Shown here piece after piece: positions 6,787 through 16,457 of a DNA stretch of 29,250 bases. Source of the DNA: a virus. Its lineage: Duplodnaviria > Caudoviricetes. The stretch is taken from IMG/VR virus record IMGVR_UViG_3300017766_000528, positions 1 through 29,250 of that record; one strand, 5' to 3'. Both the position numbers and the translations under genes were made by a program. The notes beneath the pieces were generated by a model. It worked only from the letters and a program-made list of their open reading frames with translations, was not told the origin of the DNA and searched no databases. Within the stretch, counting starts at the first letter, position 1; every line of letters begins with the position of its first letter.

Positions 6787-8445
6787 TTATGCGGTACGGA
6801 ACCCGATGAAATAGGAGTATGCGGCAGGGGTTCCAGTAGTCGACGCCACAGTCAGGGAATGGAAAGCTCTGGATGAGTAGAAAGTAGACAGATTGGTCGC
6901 GCTGCTGAAGCTGAATACCGGCTCGTAGAACGAAAGTCCTGTTGCGGTAAAGACAAAGAACATTCCACACCATGTTCCAGTGGTCGGTCGGATTCCGTAC
7001 CTAGTCGTTCCTCCATCCGAGAACGAAAAAACCGAAAAGGATCCAGTTCCATGACCATCTAGGGTTGCCGCACTCGTTCCATAAAGACCCGAGATGCGGA
7101 GAAGGCATCGATTGCCCCGAATTCCGTCCTCCATGAACGACTTATTGACTGCGTCGTAGGCATTTGTCGGGTTCTTCAGCCCAGTGATTCCATATCCATT
7201 GCTTCCCGTATTACTCTGGAAATTCACATCCTGAGTCGGAGTTCCAACAGGAATGTTGGTCAGGGCGTCGATGCTTAGGGCTCCATCAGGCCCAATCTTC
7301 AGGAACCGGGCAAACCCAGCGGAGCCTGTAAATAGAGTCCCCACCGTAGCCTTATTCATGTTGCTGTAGCTGATGGCATTAGTGGCGATCTTGTCCCCAC
7401 TTACGGCATTGTCCCCGAGAGTGGCATTCGTCACCGCAAGGGGTCCAAGCTTATCGTTGGTTACCGCATTGTTCGCCAGCTTCGCCGTCGTGACCTGTAG
7501 ATCCTGAATCATGGCAGTCGAGATCGCGTTTGAAGCAATCTTGCCCGCCGTCACTGCTCCAGCCTGAATAGAGGCTGAATCAACCGCGCTGTCTGCCAGC
7601 TTGTCGGCTGTAACTGCGTTGGTCTGGATGTTTGTCGTGGCGACGGCATTGGCCGCCAGATACTGGTTTGTTACCGATTCATTCGGCAGCACGGAGAGAA
7701 CGCTGCGAGAGACTCCGAAGTTTCGGACGCGGATCCCCACTCCGTTTGCTGGGGGGTTTGGCGAACCGCTTGCGACAAAGCCGATCTTTGAAGCCGAGAT
7801 CGTGTAGTCGGTGGTGGGGATCTGGATCACTCCGCCCACCTCGACAATGAACATATTTGGATCGGTGTTCAATGCTTCCGGCGAGAAAGTGAAGTCGCTG
7901 CTCGATCCGTTTCCAACAAAGGTCCAAGCCTGAGGAACAATCGGGGCGTTTCCGTAGACCTGAGCCGCATCAAGCTGGGACTTTGTGACTGCATCCTGAG
8001 CAGATGTGGCGTTGGCGAGATTCGTAATCCGCTTGCTTCCTGCATCCCAGCTGAGGCCGTCTGTCGACTTTCCAAGGGCTCCACTGCCTGTATCGTTGGC
8101 TTCCTGCACGATGTGCAGCATTCCCTTGAAGCCCTTGTCGAGATCTGCGGCAGTCAGAACAGAACCGTCCGTAAAGTCCACGATATTGGAGACGAACCCT
8201 GATGAAGTGTTTGGGGTTTCTCGGGCGATCTTTACCGTCGCTCCGGAAGCAGGAGCCCCATACTCCACCGTAAAGATGACATTTTCGTTTCCACCGCTCA
8301 CATCAATGGTGTAGTTGGCCGCATCGACAAGCTGGTTGTTGATATAGACCTTGATGTAGGCGGTGCTGAGGTAGTCATCGATCCCAGCAAACGAGAAGGT
8401 CCGGTTGGACCCGTTCCCGGTGAAAGTGACATAGCTGTTTGGCAT
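6787..8445 (-). CDS. Tail fibre protein (T7 gp17-like N-terminus)
   Basis: N-terminal SYVTFTGNGS..FSF...YL....IKVYIN...VKIARETP...VDFTDGSVLTAADLD anchor domain; neck motifs ITNLANATSAQDAVTKSQLD and ITGLKNPTNAYDAVNKSF; 10-aa repeats; follows gp16. Confidence 0.93.
   Translation of the reverse strand: MPNSYVTFTGNGSNRTFSFAGIDDYLSTAYIKVYINNQLVDAANYTIDVSGGNENVIFTVEYGAPASGATVKIARETPNTSSGFVSNIVDFTDGSVLTAADLDKGFKGMLHIVQEANDTGSGALGKSTDGLSWDAGSKRITNLANATSAQDAVTKSQLDAAQVYGNAPIVPQAWTFVGNGSSSDFTFSPEALNTDPNMFIVEVGGVIQIPTTDYTISASKIGFVASGSPNPPANGVGIRVRNFGVSRSVLSVLPNESVTNQYLAANAVATTNIQTNAVTADKLADSAVDSASIQAGAVTAGKIASNAISTAMIQDLQVTTAKLANNAVTNDKLGPLAVTNATLGDNAVSGDKIATNAISYSNMNKATVGTLFTGSAGFARFLKIGPDGALSIDALTNIPVGTPTQDVNFQSNTGSNGYGITGLKNPTNAYDAVNKSFMEDGIRGNRCLLRISGLYGTSAATLDGHGTGSFSVFSFSDGGTTRYGIRPTTGTWCGMFFVFTATGLSFYEPVFSFSSATNLSTFYSSRAFHSLTVASTTGTPAAYSYFIGFRTA
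7354..7683 (-). repeat. Eleven degenerate 10-aa repeats (xxA[VI]TxxK[LI]A-like) in the tail fibre shaft
   Basis: NESVTNQYLA ANAVATTNIQ TNAVTADKLA DSAVDSASIQ AGAVTAGKIA SNAISTAMIQ DLQVTTAKLA NNAVTNDKLG PLAVTNATLG DNAVSGDKIA TNAISYSNMN. Confidence 0.85.
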
Positions 8446-8464
8446 GGTTTAGAGCTCCTTAGAT

Positions 8465-11400
8465 TCAACGGTCCAAGATCGATGTTCGCTTCCGAGTCTG
8501 CTTGTCCAACAGGTTGAACTCCTCGGCAATCTCCTCTTCAGTAATGTTGAGGAAATGCTTTATGGCCGGGAAGTTCTGGAATGGCAGGAGAAGCCTGAAT
8601 TTATGAACCGTAGATTTGGTGATGTCTCGTTCCTTGTCTTCGTTTCCAATCGCCCGCTGAACTGTTGCTCCGGCGACATCCTTTGTGATGTCCCATGTCT
8701 TTGACAGGAAAGACTGAGCTGGAAAGCCGTACCAGTTCAGGCCGCTGTACCTATAGGCTGAGAACAACGGATCATCGTCAACTGCCGTGGTCCAAGCGGC
8801 ATCGGCAGCCATGATCGGAAGAAAGAACTCGCTAGGTCCAGTAAACGCTCCTCGGGCAAATCCACTAACGCCCAGAAGACGATCTTCGATTTCTCGGGCT
8901 TTATCGTCATTCCCAGTAGCTCGATGGCTCTGCGCATCTGCATAGTTTCTCGCATACTGGATCAACCCGGCAAACAACATCGTTGCGCTGATTTCTCGGG
9001 CAACCCTGAGTTGTCCAGCCGTTCCTCCCCGCTTTGCCCTTGTGATGTTCTGAAACAGGAAGTTGTCCACGCCCTTCAGATTGAAGGCGCGGAACTGAGT
9101 CAGAAGGCGTCCATACCAAGTAAAGCCGATTCGATGGAAATCGCCACGGGTGGGCATATCCTGAATTCTGGTCCTTACGGCTCGATCTAGGAATGCCCGG
9201 ACATTGTCCATTCGGACATCGTTGATGTTCCGCAGATCGACCACGCGGTCGCCCAGCAGTCCATTTCTGGTGATTGCGTTGGTCCCGATGTAGTCAATGA
9301 TTTCCGTGTACTGATCCGGCTCAAGGCCGAGAGTCCGAACGGTTGCATCATCCAATCTGCTGGCTGTTCCCCGAGAAACATCGTATAGATGTTGAATTGT
9401 GGACGCCGCCATCAGTTGCTGAGTGAATGATGTGACTGGAGCAAGGAGCGTCAGGTCGGAGAAGAAATTTGACATTGAATTGAGACCACGAAGGACTCGA
9501 TTCGGCTCTTCGCCCATCTGATTCGAGATGTCCTGCATCAGCGCCCGCCTCAAGCGATCCGTTGAAGGGTGGAACCAGTGGTCCAGCATTCCAGAGAAGT
9601 TTCTAGCTCCTTCATCCATGTTCTGCCAGTTCCCGACCATTTCGCTCAGGATTGGCATTTGCCTCATCATCGAACCCATTCCCAGAGTACCGATGATTCG
9701 GCTTGTCTCGGAAGCTGCAACAAATCCGAATAGTCCTCCGGTTGACATATATCCCAGAGGAAGCATGACTCCAAGGCCAGCCGATCCCCACCTTTCAAGG
9801 CCAGCCAGCTCTCTGTTGCTCCTATGCAGCGGTTCATAACGAAGAGCAGCCACGATCTCCCTGAACGAAGCTGTGGCTTCTTCGCTCATGGATCCGCCCA
9901 TGGTTGGATCGAGATTTCCGATCCTGTTGATGGTTCCGATCATCTCTTCGATGCTGTCCACCTGAACAGGAGCTCCGTTGACATCCATGATGCCAAAGTG
10001 AGCCAGTTGCTCGTTGAAAGAATCGATGAAGCGCCGTTCGTTGATCGCTCCATACACCGAGACGGAGTATTTCTTCAGGACCGATGGAATGTCCGTCATG
10101 GTCAGATCGGCCAAGCTGATGTGGCTTCTTCCGATGTTCAGCAAGTCAGTTGGCGTAGCAAGCCCAGCTCCTTCATCCATAAGGATACGGGCGCGTCCGA
10201 ACGGAGTTGGCGATGTGCCTGTCGGAGAGACGGGTCCTTGAAGGTTTTCAATCGCCCTTGCAATCTCATCGTCAATGTCCAGCAATGGAGCCTGATCGGA
10301 GTTGTTTGCAAGATTGATCAGCCGATTTGCAAGAACACGGGAAGCCTCGCGAACATCGGTGAGATCGACAACCGCTCCCGCTTCAGTGACGATCTGCCGG
10401 GTTCCTGTTCCTCCTCCAAGAGCAGTGAACAGAAGATCCTCAAGCGCCCTGATTCCTTCTGGAGTCGTGCCGAGCCGAGAAATTCGATCCCACCGCCACA
10501 GCCTCGGGAAGTAGTTGTTGACCGCGCTTCCGACAAAGCCACGCACACCGGCAAGATGAGCGGCGGTGTCGATGTCGTTGAATGTCCGCCTCAGCTGCCT
10601 TGCCGTTTCGTTCACTGCTTCGTGCGGATGATTGAATGCTCCATTCCTGAGTTGCTGAGCTACCGCTGCATCGAACTCTTCCATCATCTGTCGCCTATTC
10701 GGACCAAAAGCAACACGAAGGGAATCAATCAATCCAATTCGATCTCCAGTTCCACGATTCAGGGCGTATCGGGTATAGCCGTTTCGCCAAGAAATCAGAG
10801 CGTTTGCCATGTGTCCAGACAGCTCCATGCTGCCTTCCTCAAAGACCGTCTGGCCTTGGGCGACATTTACTCCAGACCGCGTAGCAAGGGCTCTCCGGGC
10901 ATTGAAGGCTTCCCAGATCGCCATGCGGGCCGCTGGATTGTTCAGGCGAAGAACTACTGCGGCCTGATTGAAGAATCGCTGCAACGCTCCAAAGGTATCG
11001 GTCCCGCGAGCAATGGGGATCTCTTCATTCATTCTTCGAGCCCCAGCAATTGCATTTCCCCCGGGAGGTTGATTCGGCGGGGCAGAACCACCACCGCCTC
11101 CACCAGCACCACCACCGCCTCCACCAGCACCACCACCGCCTCCACCAGCACCACCAGCCCTACCACCGCCAGCAGGAGGCGTGGCCGCAGTAGCGGTTGT
11201 TACTCGTGTTCCGGGAACAGGAGGAGCTCCGGCATTTACACGGGCCTGTTCGCGGGCGACAGCAGCCGCCCTCATGGCCTGAAGACGCTGGCCCGAGTTT
11301 CGCACCGTGGTTCCAAGAGCTCGCGGCATGGCGATTCTTCGACCCTGATCAGCCACGCGCGAATTGATGACATCCGCAACCTGAGCAAGCCTTGCGCGAG

Positions 11401-13756
11401 AATCAAGAACCCGCTGTCCACGGGAATTGACTCTCATCGGGGGATCCTGCATGATGGCTCGAAGATCCTCGACAATCTCCTCAAACATCTCCCGGGTAAC
11501 TTCCGTGCCTCGCTGCCTGATCTCATTCGCCACTTGAAGAATGAGGGAAGTTCCTCCGGGAGCGTCAAGTCCGTACACAGCCGATGTTCCAGTACCCGGT
11601 CGAGCTTCTCCGAGCTCATCCAATCCGGTATCGAACTCGGACCACAGTCCGTCGATGGTCTGGTTCCGCAGGACAAGATCGTCAAATGACTGATCTAGGT
11701 TCCCGATGGGAACATGGTTTCCGGCTCGCCTAGCCTCTGCGATTCTGGCCGCCACATCCTCGCCCACAAAGCGGGAAAGAACTTGGTAAACCCGGGATTC
11801 AAGAGCAGCGCCTCGAAGCCCTTCAGCATGAGCGGCAAACAGAGCTCGTGCAATCGCCCTTGTCGTGTCCTGATCTACCGTGCCACCCCGCCTAGAAATC
11901 TCTGCCGCAATCGTCAGCACGGCAGAACGGATTCCGTTGACAGCATTTTCGTTGGCCCGAACCGCCGGAGCAAATCCAGCTCGTCGCGGCGGGACATACA
12001 GCGTGTCTCCGTTGGCCAGAGTTCGGCGCGACCAGCCACGGGTTTGGAGCATCTCCCGGACACGCGAAACCTCGGTGGGATCGGCATCGGCTGCAATGCG
12101 CACCGACCTGACGGATTCCTGAAGCTGGCGCCACTGTCCCCGATACTGAAATGCGACATCGCCTTGCTGAGATGCTGCAAACAGATTCTCCGATTGGACA
12201 AAATCGCCCCTGAGATTGTCCGAAGCAAACTCAATTTCGATTCCGGTTCCGCGACCCTGACCTCCGGGATAAAGCATCCGGTCGATCTGGACATCATCGC
12301 CAAGACCAGCAGCAAGCTCCCTAGTGCCCCTACGATTCGTCAGGAAGACTCCGGACGGTTTCAGGGCCTCTGGAAGCCCTGCGCCGCGTCGAAGGCTCCT
12401 AGCCAGTTCTCCCAACGACCTTCCCATTCCGGTCATGGCGGCACGAACACCACGCCATCCAGCCGTGCGTCCGCCATTCAGAATCTGCTCCAGCAGATTT
12501 CCGTTGGCGGGAGTGAACATCGCGGGGCCAAAGTTGGCGGGACGGGTATTTCCAGCCAGCAGAGCGGCCCCAACCTCTTCTGCTCGGTTTGCCTGATTCG
12601 CCTCTTCAAGGATCGGAAGAGAGACGCTTTCCGTTCCCGGGACATTCTCTCGTCCAGTTCGGGAGAACGCCTCATACGCATCATCGGCAATGTTGTCGAT
12701 GGTCTCGCCCACTGGAGCAACGGCTTGACCAAGAAGCCTGTTGTCTGCCGCAGTGTTGCTTACAAAGGCAAGAGGACTTCGGTAGTTGATGATCCGGTTT
12801 CCAGCCCGAATCTGGTGGATATATCTGTTTGCGTATCTTTCCACCGCATCGCTGTAGAAACCACGGGCGGCAAATGATCCGATTGCTCCGCCCAAGCTGG
12901 CCGCAAGAGTGGCGTCAAACACCAACGATGCAGCGTCAGGATCGTAAGTAGGATCCACGGCATTTCGAGCCGCCTTGATGGCAATTTCTTCGGCAACGCC
13001 CAGAGCGGCATACTTGCGCATTCCGGCAAGACGCCCCATGGTCTCCGCCGCCTCTGCCGCATCCTCGGAAATGCGCCTGAGGTTTCCCCAACGCTCGGCC
13101 TGAGACCTGAGGGCAATCCTTCCACCAGCCATCGACATTGCGCGAGATTCTGCAAGAAATGCAAGAGGCTCGATAGCCATGCTCATGCTGATGATTGCTG
13201 CGGTATCGCTCGCAAACCCAGTGATCTGACCAGCCGTGCTTCCACGAGCTGCAAAATTAGGAGACGCGATTCGGACCTGATCAAGCCGATCCTGAAACTC
13301 TCCGTAGTTCCTTGAAGTCATCAGCCAAGACCAGTGTTCTGATCCGACAGACATGAGATCATCGGTGATTCCCTCAAGATTGTTGAGCCCATCCTCCATG
13401 TGTGGAGCAAAAGCCTCCAGTCCACGGGTATCTGGGGCAGCAGCAAGCGGATCAAAGCTCTTTGTCGGCTTTGAGTTGTAATTCAGCGGCTTCAGGTAGG
13501 CTTCATCGTCCGTAGTAAGAGAGTTGTATGCCCGTTCAAGGGCAAAGACGGCCTTACCGGTCCACGAAGAGACTACTCCGGTGAAATAGGGACCAAGGGT
13601 GTCGCTGAGAGCCTTGATATTGCTCTCAACCGGAGGATTCATCAACAGGTCCTGCTCGTAGCTGTACCGTTCAGCTGGAGACATGAGGTCCTGAACGCTC
13701 TGCGTTTTCAGCAGATTCGTATCGAAGAACGACCTGTTTGAGTTTGTCTGATCCAT
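8465..13756 (-). CDS. Large internal virion/ejection protein (T7 gp16-like)
   Basis: 1763 aa; position between the gp15-like gene and the tail fibre; NYFPRLW, GRLLTQFRAF and LLPFQNFP motifs typical of gp16 C-terminal halves. Confidence 0.85.
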   Translation of the reverse strand: MDQTNSNRSFFDTNLLKTQSVQDLMSPAERYSYEQDLLMNPPVESNIKALSDTLGPYFTGVVSSWTGKAVFALERAYNSLTTDDEAYLKPLNYNSKPTKSFDPLAAAPDTRGLEAFAPHMEDGLNNLEGITDDLMSVGSEHWSWLMTSRNYGEFQDRLDQVRIASPNFAARGSTAGQITGFASDTAAIISMSMAIEPLAFLAESRAMSMAGGRIALRSQAERWGNLRRISEDAAEAAETMGRLAGMRKYAALGVAEEIAIKAARNAVDPTYDPDAASLVFDATLAASLGGAIGSFAARGFYSDAVERYANRYIHQIRAGNRIINYRSPLAFVSNTAADNRLLGQAVAPVGETIDNIADDAYEAFSRTGRENVPGTESVSLPILEEANQANRAEEVGAALLAGNTRPANFGPAMFTPANGNLLEQILNGGRTAGWRGVRAAMTGMGRSLGELARSLRRGAGLPEALKPSGVFLTNRRGTRELAAGLGDDVQIDRMLYPGGQGRGTGIEIEFASDNLRGDFVQSENLFAASQQGDVAFQYRGQWRQLQESVRSVRIAADADPTEVSRVREMLQTRGWSRRTLANGDTLYVPPRRAGFAPAVRANENAVNGIRSAVLTIAAEISRRGGTVDQDTTRAIARALFAAHAEGLRGAALESRVYQVLSRFVGEDVAARIAEARRAGNHVPIGNLDQSFDDLVLRNQTIDGLWSEFDTGLDELGEARPGTGTSAVYGLDAPGGTSLILQVANEIRQRGTEVTREMFEEIVEDLRAIMQDPPMRVNSRGQRVLDSRARLAQVADVINSRVADQGRRIAMPRALGTTVRNSGQRLQAMRAAAVAREQARVNAGAPPVPGTRVTTATAATPPAGGGRAGGAGGGGGGAGGGGGGAGGGGGGSAPPNQPPGGNAIAGARRMNEEIPIARGTDTFGALQRFFNQAAVVLRLNNPAARMAIWEAFNARRALATRSGVNVAQGQTVFEEGSMELSGHMANALISWRNGYTRYALNRGTGDRIGLIDSLRVAFGPNRRQMMEEFDAAVAQQLRNGAFNHPHEAVNETARQLRRTFNDIDTAAHLAGVRGFVGSAVNNYFPRLWRWDRISRLGTTPEGIRALEDLLFTALGGGTGTRQIVTEAGAVVDLTDVREASRVLANRLINLANNSDQAPLLDIDDEIARAIENLQGPVSPTGTSPTPFGRARILMDEGAGLATPTDLLNIGRSHISLADLTMTDIPSVLKKYSVSVYGAINERRFIDSFNEQLAHFGIMDVNGAPVQVDSIEEMIGTINRIGNLDPTMGGSMSEEATASFREIVAALRYEPLHRSNRELAGLERWGSAGLGVMLPLGYMSTGGLFGFVAASETSRIIGTLGMGSMMRQMPILSEMVGNWQNMDEGARNFSGMLDHWFHPSTDRLRRALMQDISNQMGEEPNRVLRGLNSMSNFFSDLTLLAPVTSFTQQLMAASTIQHLYDVSRGTASRLDDATVRTLGLEPDQYTEIIDYIGTNAITRNGLLGDRVVDLRNINDVRMDNVRAFLDRAVRTRIQDMPTRGDFHRIGFTWYGRLLTQFRAFNLKGVDNFLFQNITRAKRGGTAGQLRVAREISATMLFAGLIQYARNYADAQSHRATGNDDKAREIEDRLLGVSGFARGAFTGPSEFFLPIMAADAAWTTAVDDDPLFSAYRYSGLNWYGFPAQSFLSKTWDITKDVAGATVQRAIGNEDKERDITKSTVHKFRLLLPFQNFPAIKHFLNITEEEIAEEFNLLDKQTRKRTSILDR
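11087..11156. repeat. Perfect 21-bp tandem repeat (3.3 copies) encoding a Gly-rich linker
   Basis: ACCACCACCGCCTCCACCAGC at 11087, 11108 and 11129 plus a partial copy; encodes (AGGGGGG)n in gp16. Confidence 0.95.
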
Positions 13757-13773
13757 GCTGGTAAAACCTCTGG

Positions 13774-16446
13774 TTAGAACTTGGGCCGAATCGACGGAGT
13801 CTTTTCGCGCATCTTCTCGATCTCGGTCTTGCGAATCGATTCCTTCTTCATCTGCTCTGCCATGAACGACACGACCTTGCGCCGGGTATCCGTACCAACG
13901 ATGTCGGAAATGGTGTAATACCTGTCCTTCAAGGCTTTTCCTTCTGCCGTCCTAAAGGCAAACACAGGCTCGCCATTTGGGCTGTTGTCGACCCATACAA
14001 GAGCGGCATCTTTGTTCATCAGGTCTTCGCCAAGCTCGACGCCGATGAACGATGCAATGTATGACTCACCGACTCCATGGGCCTCGAATACATCTCGTGG
14101 GAGGACTCCTCCATTGACGATCATGCTGTTCTTGACCACATAATCCTTTGCGTTGCTGAGGGAAGTCCTGATCGCTCCGCTGGAGCTTGCCATCTCCTCA
14201 ACAAACTTACGGGAGAACATTGATGCTGCGCTTTTCCGTGCATCTGGGTTCAGCGGAACGCTTGTGTCAAAGAATGGGACCCAACCGCGCCAGCCCTTGG
14301 TGCTCATCGCCGTAATGGCCTCATCGACCTTCAACCGGAACGCTTGCATATCAGCCCCGTTTTCCCGGATATCGGTCAATGAAAGAACATCAGCCTCGGA
14401 GTCCATGTTCAGGGCCTGAGCGGCATCTCGAACGGCATCGGGAAGATCCATGACGCCCGCTTGCCACTTGATCGATGCAAGTTGCAGGAACTTGAGGGTT
14501 CGCTCTCCACGAGATCCCATCTTTGGGAGAAGGACATCGAGGGGAGACCGGCCTCCAGTCGAGTTCTTGTACATGATCACTAGGTCGGCAAGCTCCGGTC
14601 GCAGACCTTGCTCAACATCGACGGAGATTCCGTTCAAGGCCACTCTTCGCAGAGACTCAAGCCGATCCTCAAGATCAAAATGAATGGCTGCCTGAAGCTC
14701 GTTCATCTTGTAGATGAGGCGAGCCTCGGACTTCCTCTTTCGGACATCGCCGGTGTCTCGGGGATTTGGAACCATGTCATCGATGTTGTACTTATCCAGC
14801 AGAGATCCGACGAGGTTGTCCAGTTTCTGAGTAACGATGAACGACGCCTCGCGTCGAACCGAGTTCTTCTTCGGCTCATCGATGATGCCCCGGACTTCAA
14901 TCGAGGATTCCATTGCATTCTTGATGGAACCCCAGTCCAGAATATCCCCACCTCCCCCAGAAATGGCCTCATCGATTTTCGCGTTTACCTTGTACTTCAC
15001 CGCTTCAATGTCGGCCCGTTCAGCTCCTTCTCGACCCTCTCTTGTGGCGTTGTTCCAACGCTCATTGAACTGATCGAACATCTTCGCGCTTTCCTCGACG
15101 CTCAGGTACTTGAAACTGTTCCTGATATCAGTGCGCCATTCATCCACGAATGCGCCATAGTTTTCGTTGTCTTTTCCCTTGAGAGCGTCTGCATAGGCGG
15201 TATCCGCCGCTTTCTGTATCCATACGGATACTGCGTTCTTCTCTCCGGAAACTCCAAGGTCGAATCTAGTCTTCTGGATATCGGCATTTGCATCAAGAAG
15301 CATTGTCTTTACTTCCGACACATCCATGAGCTTTCCAGTTCCAGCCGAAAGTCTGGAAAGAACGGCTTCAGCTTCGTATGTTGATCCGCTCTTCGCCATG
15401 ATGTCGATCAGGTGAGACGCAACTGCAAGGTTTGCGATGCGAGGCAAGCCCATGTTTTGCCCAGTCTCGTCAAGGTAGGACTGAAGATCCGGAACAATCC
15501 GATCATCGAGCGAGCTGAAGAACGGACTGCGGCCCTCCTTCATCCTCTTCATTGCATGATCGAAAATCAGCTTTTGATCTCTGGGATCGAGGCTGTCAAC
15601 CAATTCTTTGGGATCAGCATCATCGCCAGAAAAGAGGATCGCCTCTTTGGCTTCAGGAGACAATCCCGGAACCAAGAGTGGAATCTGGACTTCGGCTCCG
15701 TCGATCTCTACTCCAATGGCTTTCTCAGTAACGGCATTTCCACTCAGGTCTTGAAGAACCCCGTAATACCCGACATCCTTGGGAGTTCCGTCAGGACGCA
15801 ATCCAAATGACGGAATTGCAGCGGCGGCATTCACGACTTCATCGACCTTTATCTTCAAAGAATCGATGATTTTCTTCTGCGCGTATTTTCCTACAGCATC
15901 GGAATGCGCAGCACTCTGCTCGATGATGAACGGATTGAATTCCTTGTAGAAGGATCGGCTGAGGTACTGAGATGTGCCGAATTCAGCATTCTTCTGGGTG
16001 GCAAAGGAAGAAGCCAGCGCATCGAAAAACTGATGATCCTTCAAGAGTTCCGGATTGTTCGCGACAGCCCGGTCATATTCCGCCTTGAACTGCTCCCTTG
16101 CCTTAGCCGCCTCCAGAACACCAGACGCCTCCTGAGCTCCTACCGCCAGCCACGGATTCTCAGAAGGCTTGATCTGTCCGCTGCCGACAAGATCCGCATA
16201 GGTCTTTCTGTTGGCATTGACCATGTCCATTCCAGCAAGGAACTCTTCCTTGTTCTGCTGGGTCTTGATGGTCGTGGCAAACTTGGCTGCCGTCTCCGAC
16301 AGATTGCTAAAGGCTTCCGCAAAGTCGTAGGCGTTCCGAACGGCGGATTCGTCCACCGGGGTAACCATCTTCTGCGGATCAATTGGAGTTACAAAGGTGC
16401 TGACCGGGCTGGCCGAGACTCCGAGAGAAGGACGCTGCTTTGCCAT
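13774..16446 (-). CDS. Internal virion/ejection protein (T7 gp15-like)
   Basis: 890 aa, largely helical; synteny gp14-gp15-gp16; N-terminal PVSTFVTP...AFSNLS...ENPW pattern. Confidence 0.8.
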   Translation of the reverse strand: MAKQRPSLGVSASPVSTFVTPIDPQKMVTPVDESAVRNAYDFAEAFSNLSETAAKFATTIKTQQNKEEFLAGMDMVNANRKTYADLVGSGQIKPSENPWLAVGAQEASGVLEAAKAREQFKAEYDRAVANNPELLKDHQFFDALASSFATQKNAEFGTSQYLSRSFYKEFNPFIIEQSAAHSDAVGKYAQKKIIDSLKIKVDEVVNAAAAIPSFGLRPDGTPKDVGYYGVLQDLSGNAVTEKAIGVEIDGAEVQIPLLVPGLSPEAKEAILFSGDDADPKELVDSLDPRDQKLIFDHAMKRMKEGRSPFFSSLDDRIVPDLQSYLDETGQNMGLPRIANLAVASHLIDIMAKSGSTYEAEAVLSRLSAGTGKLMDVSEVKTMLLDANADIQKTRFDLGVSGEKNAVSVWIQKAADTAYADALKGKDNENYGAFVDEWRTDIRNSFKYLSVEESAKMFDQFNERWNNATREGREGAERADIEAVKYKVNAKIDEAISGGGGDILDWGSIKNAMESSIEVRGIIDEPKKNSVRREASFIVTQKLDNLVGSLLDKYNIDDMVPNPRDTGDVRKRKSEARLIYKMNELQAAIHFDLEDRLESLRRVALNGISVDVEQGLRPELADLVIMYKNSTGGRSPLDVLLPKMGSRGERTLKFLQLASIKWQAGVMDLPDAVRDAAQALNMDSEADVLSLTDIRENGADMQAFRLKVDEAITAMSTKGWRGWVPFFDTSVPLNPDARKSAASMFSRKFVEEMASSSGAIRTSLSNAKDYVVKNSMIVNGGVLPRDVFEAHGVGESYIASFIGVELGEDLMNKDAALVWVDNSPNGEPVFAFRTAEGKALKDRYYTISDIVGTDTRRKVVSFMAEQMKKESIRKTEIEKMREKTPSIRPKF

Positions 16447-16457
16447 GTTTGTTCCTT

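Noticed and set aside
9824-12877. Long plus-strand ORFs (621 aa and 387 aa) opposite gp16
   Set aside because: Antisense shadows of a GC-biased gene; Ser/Arg-rich low-information translations with no motifs
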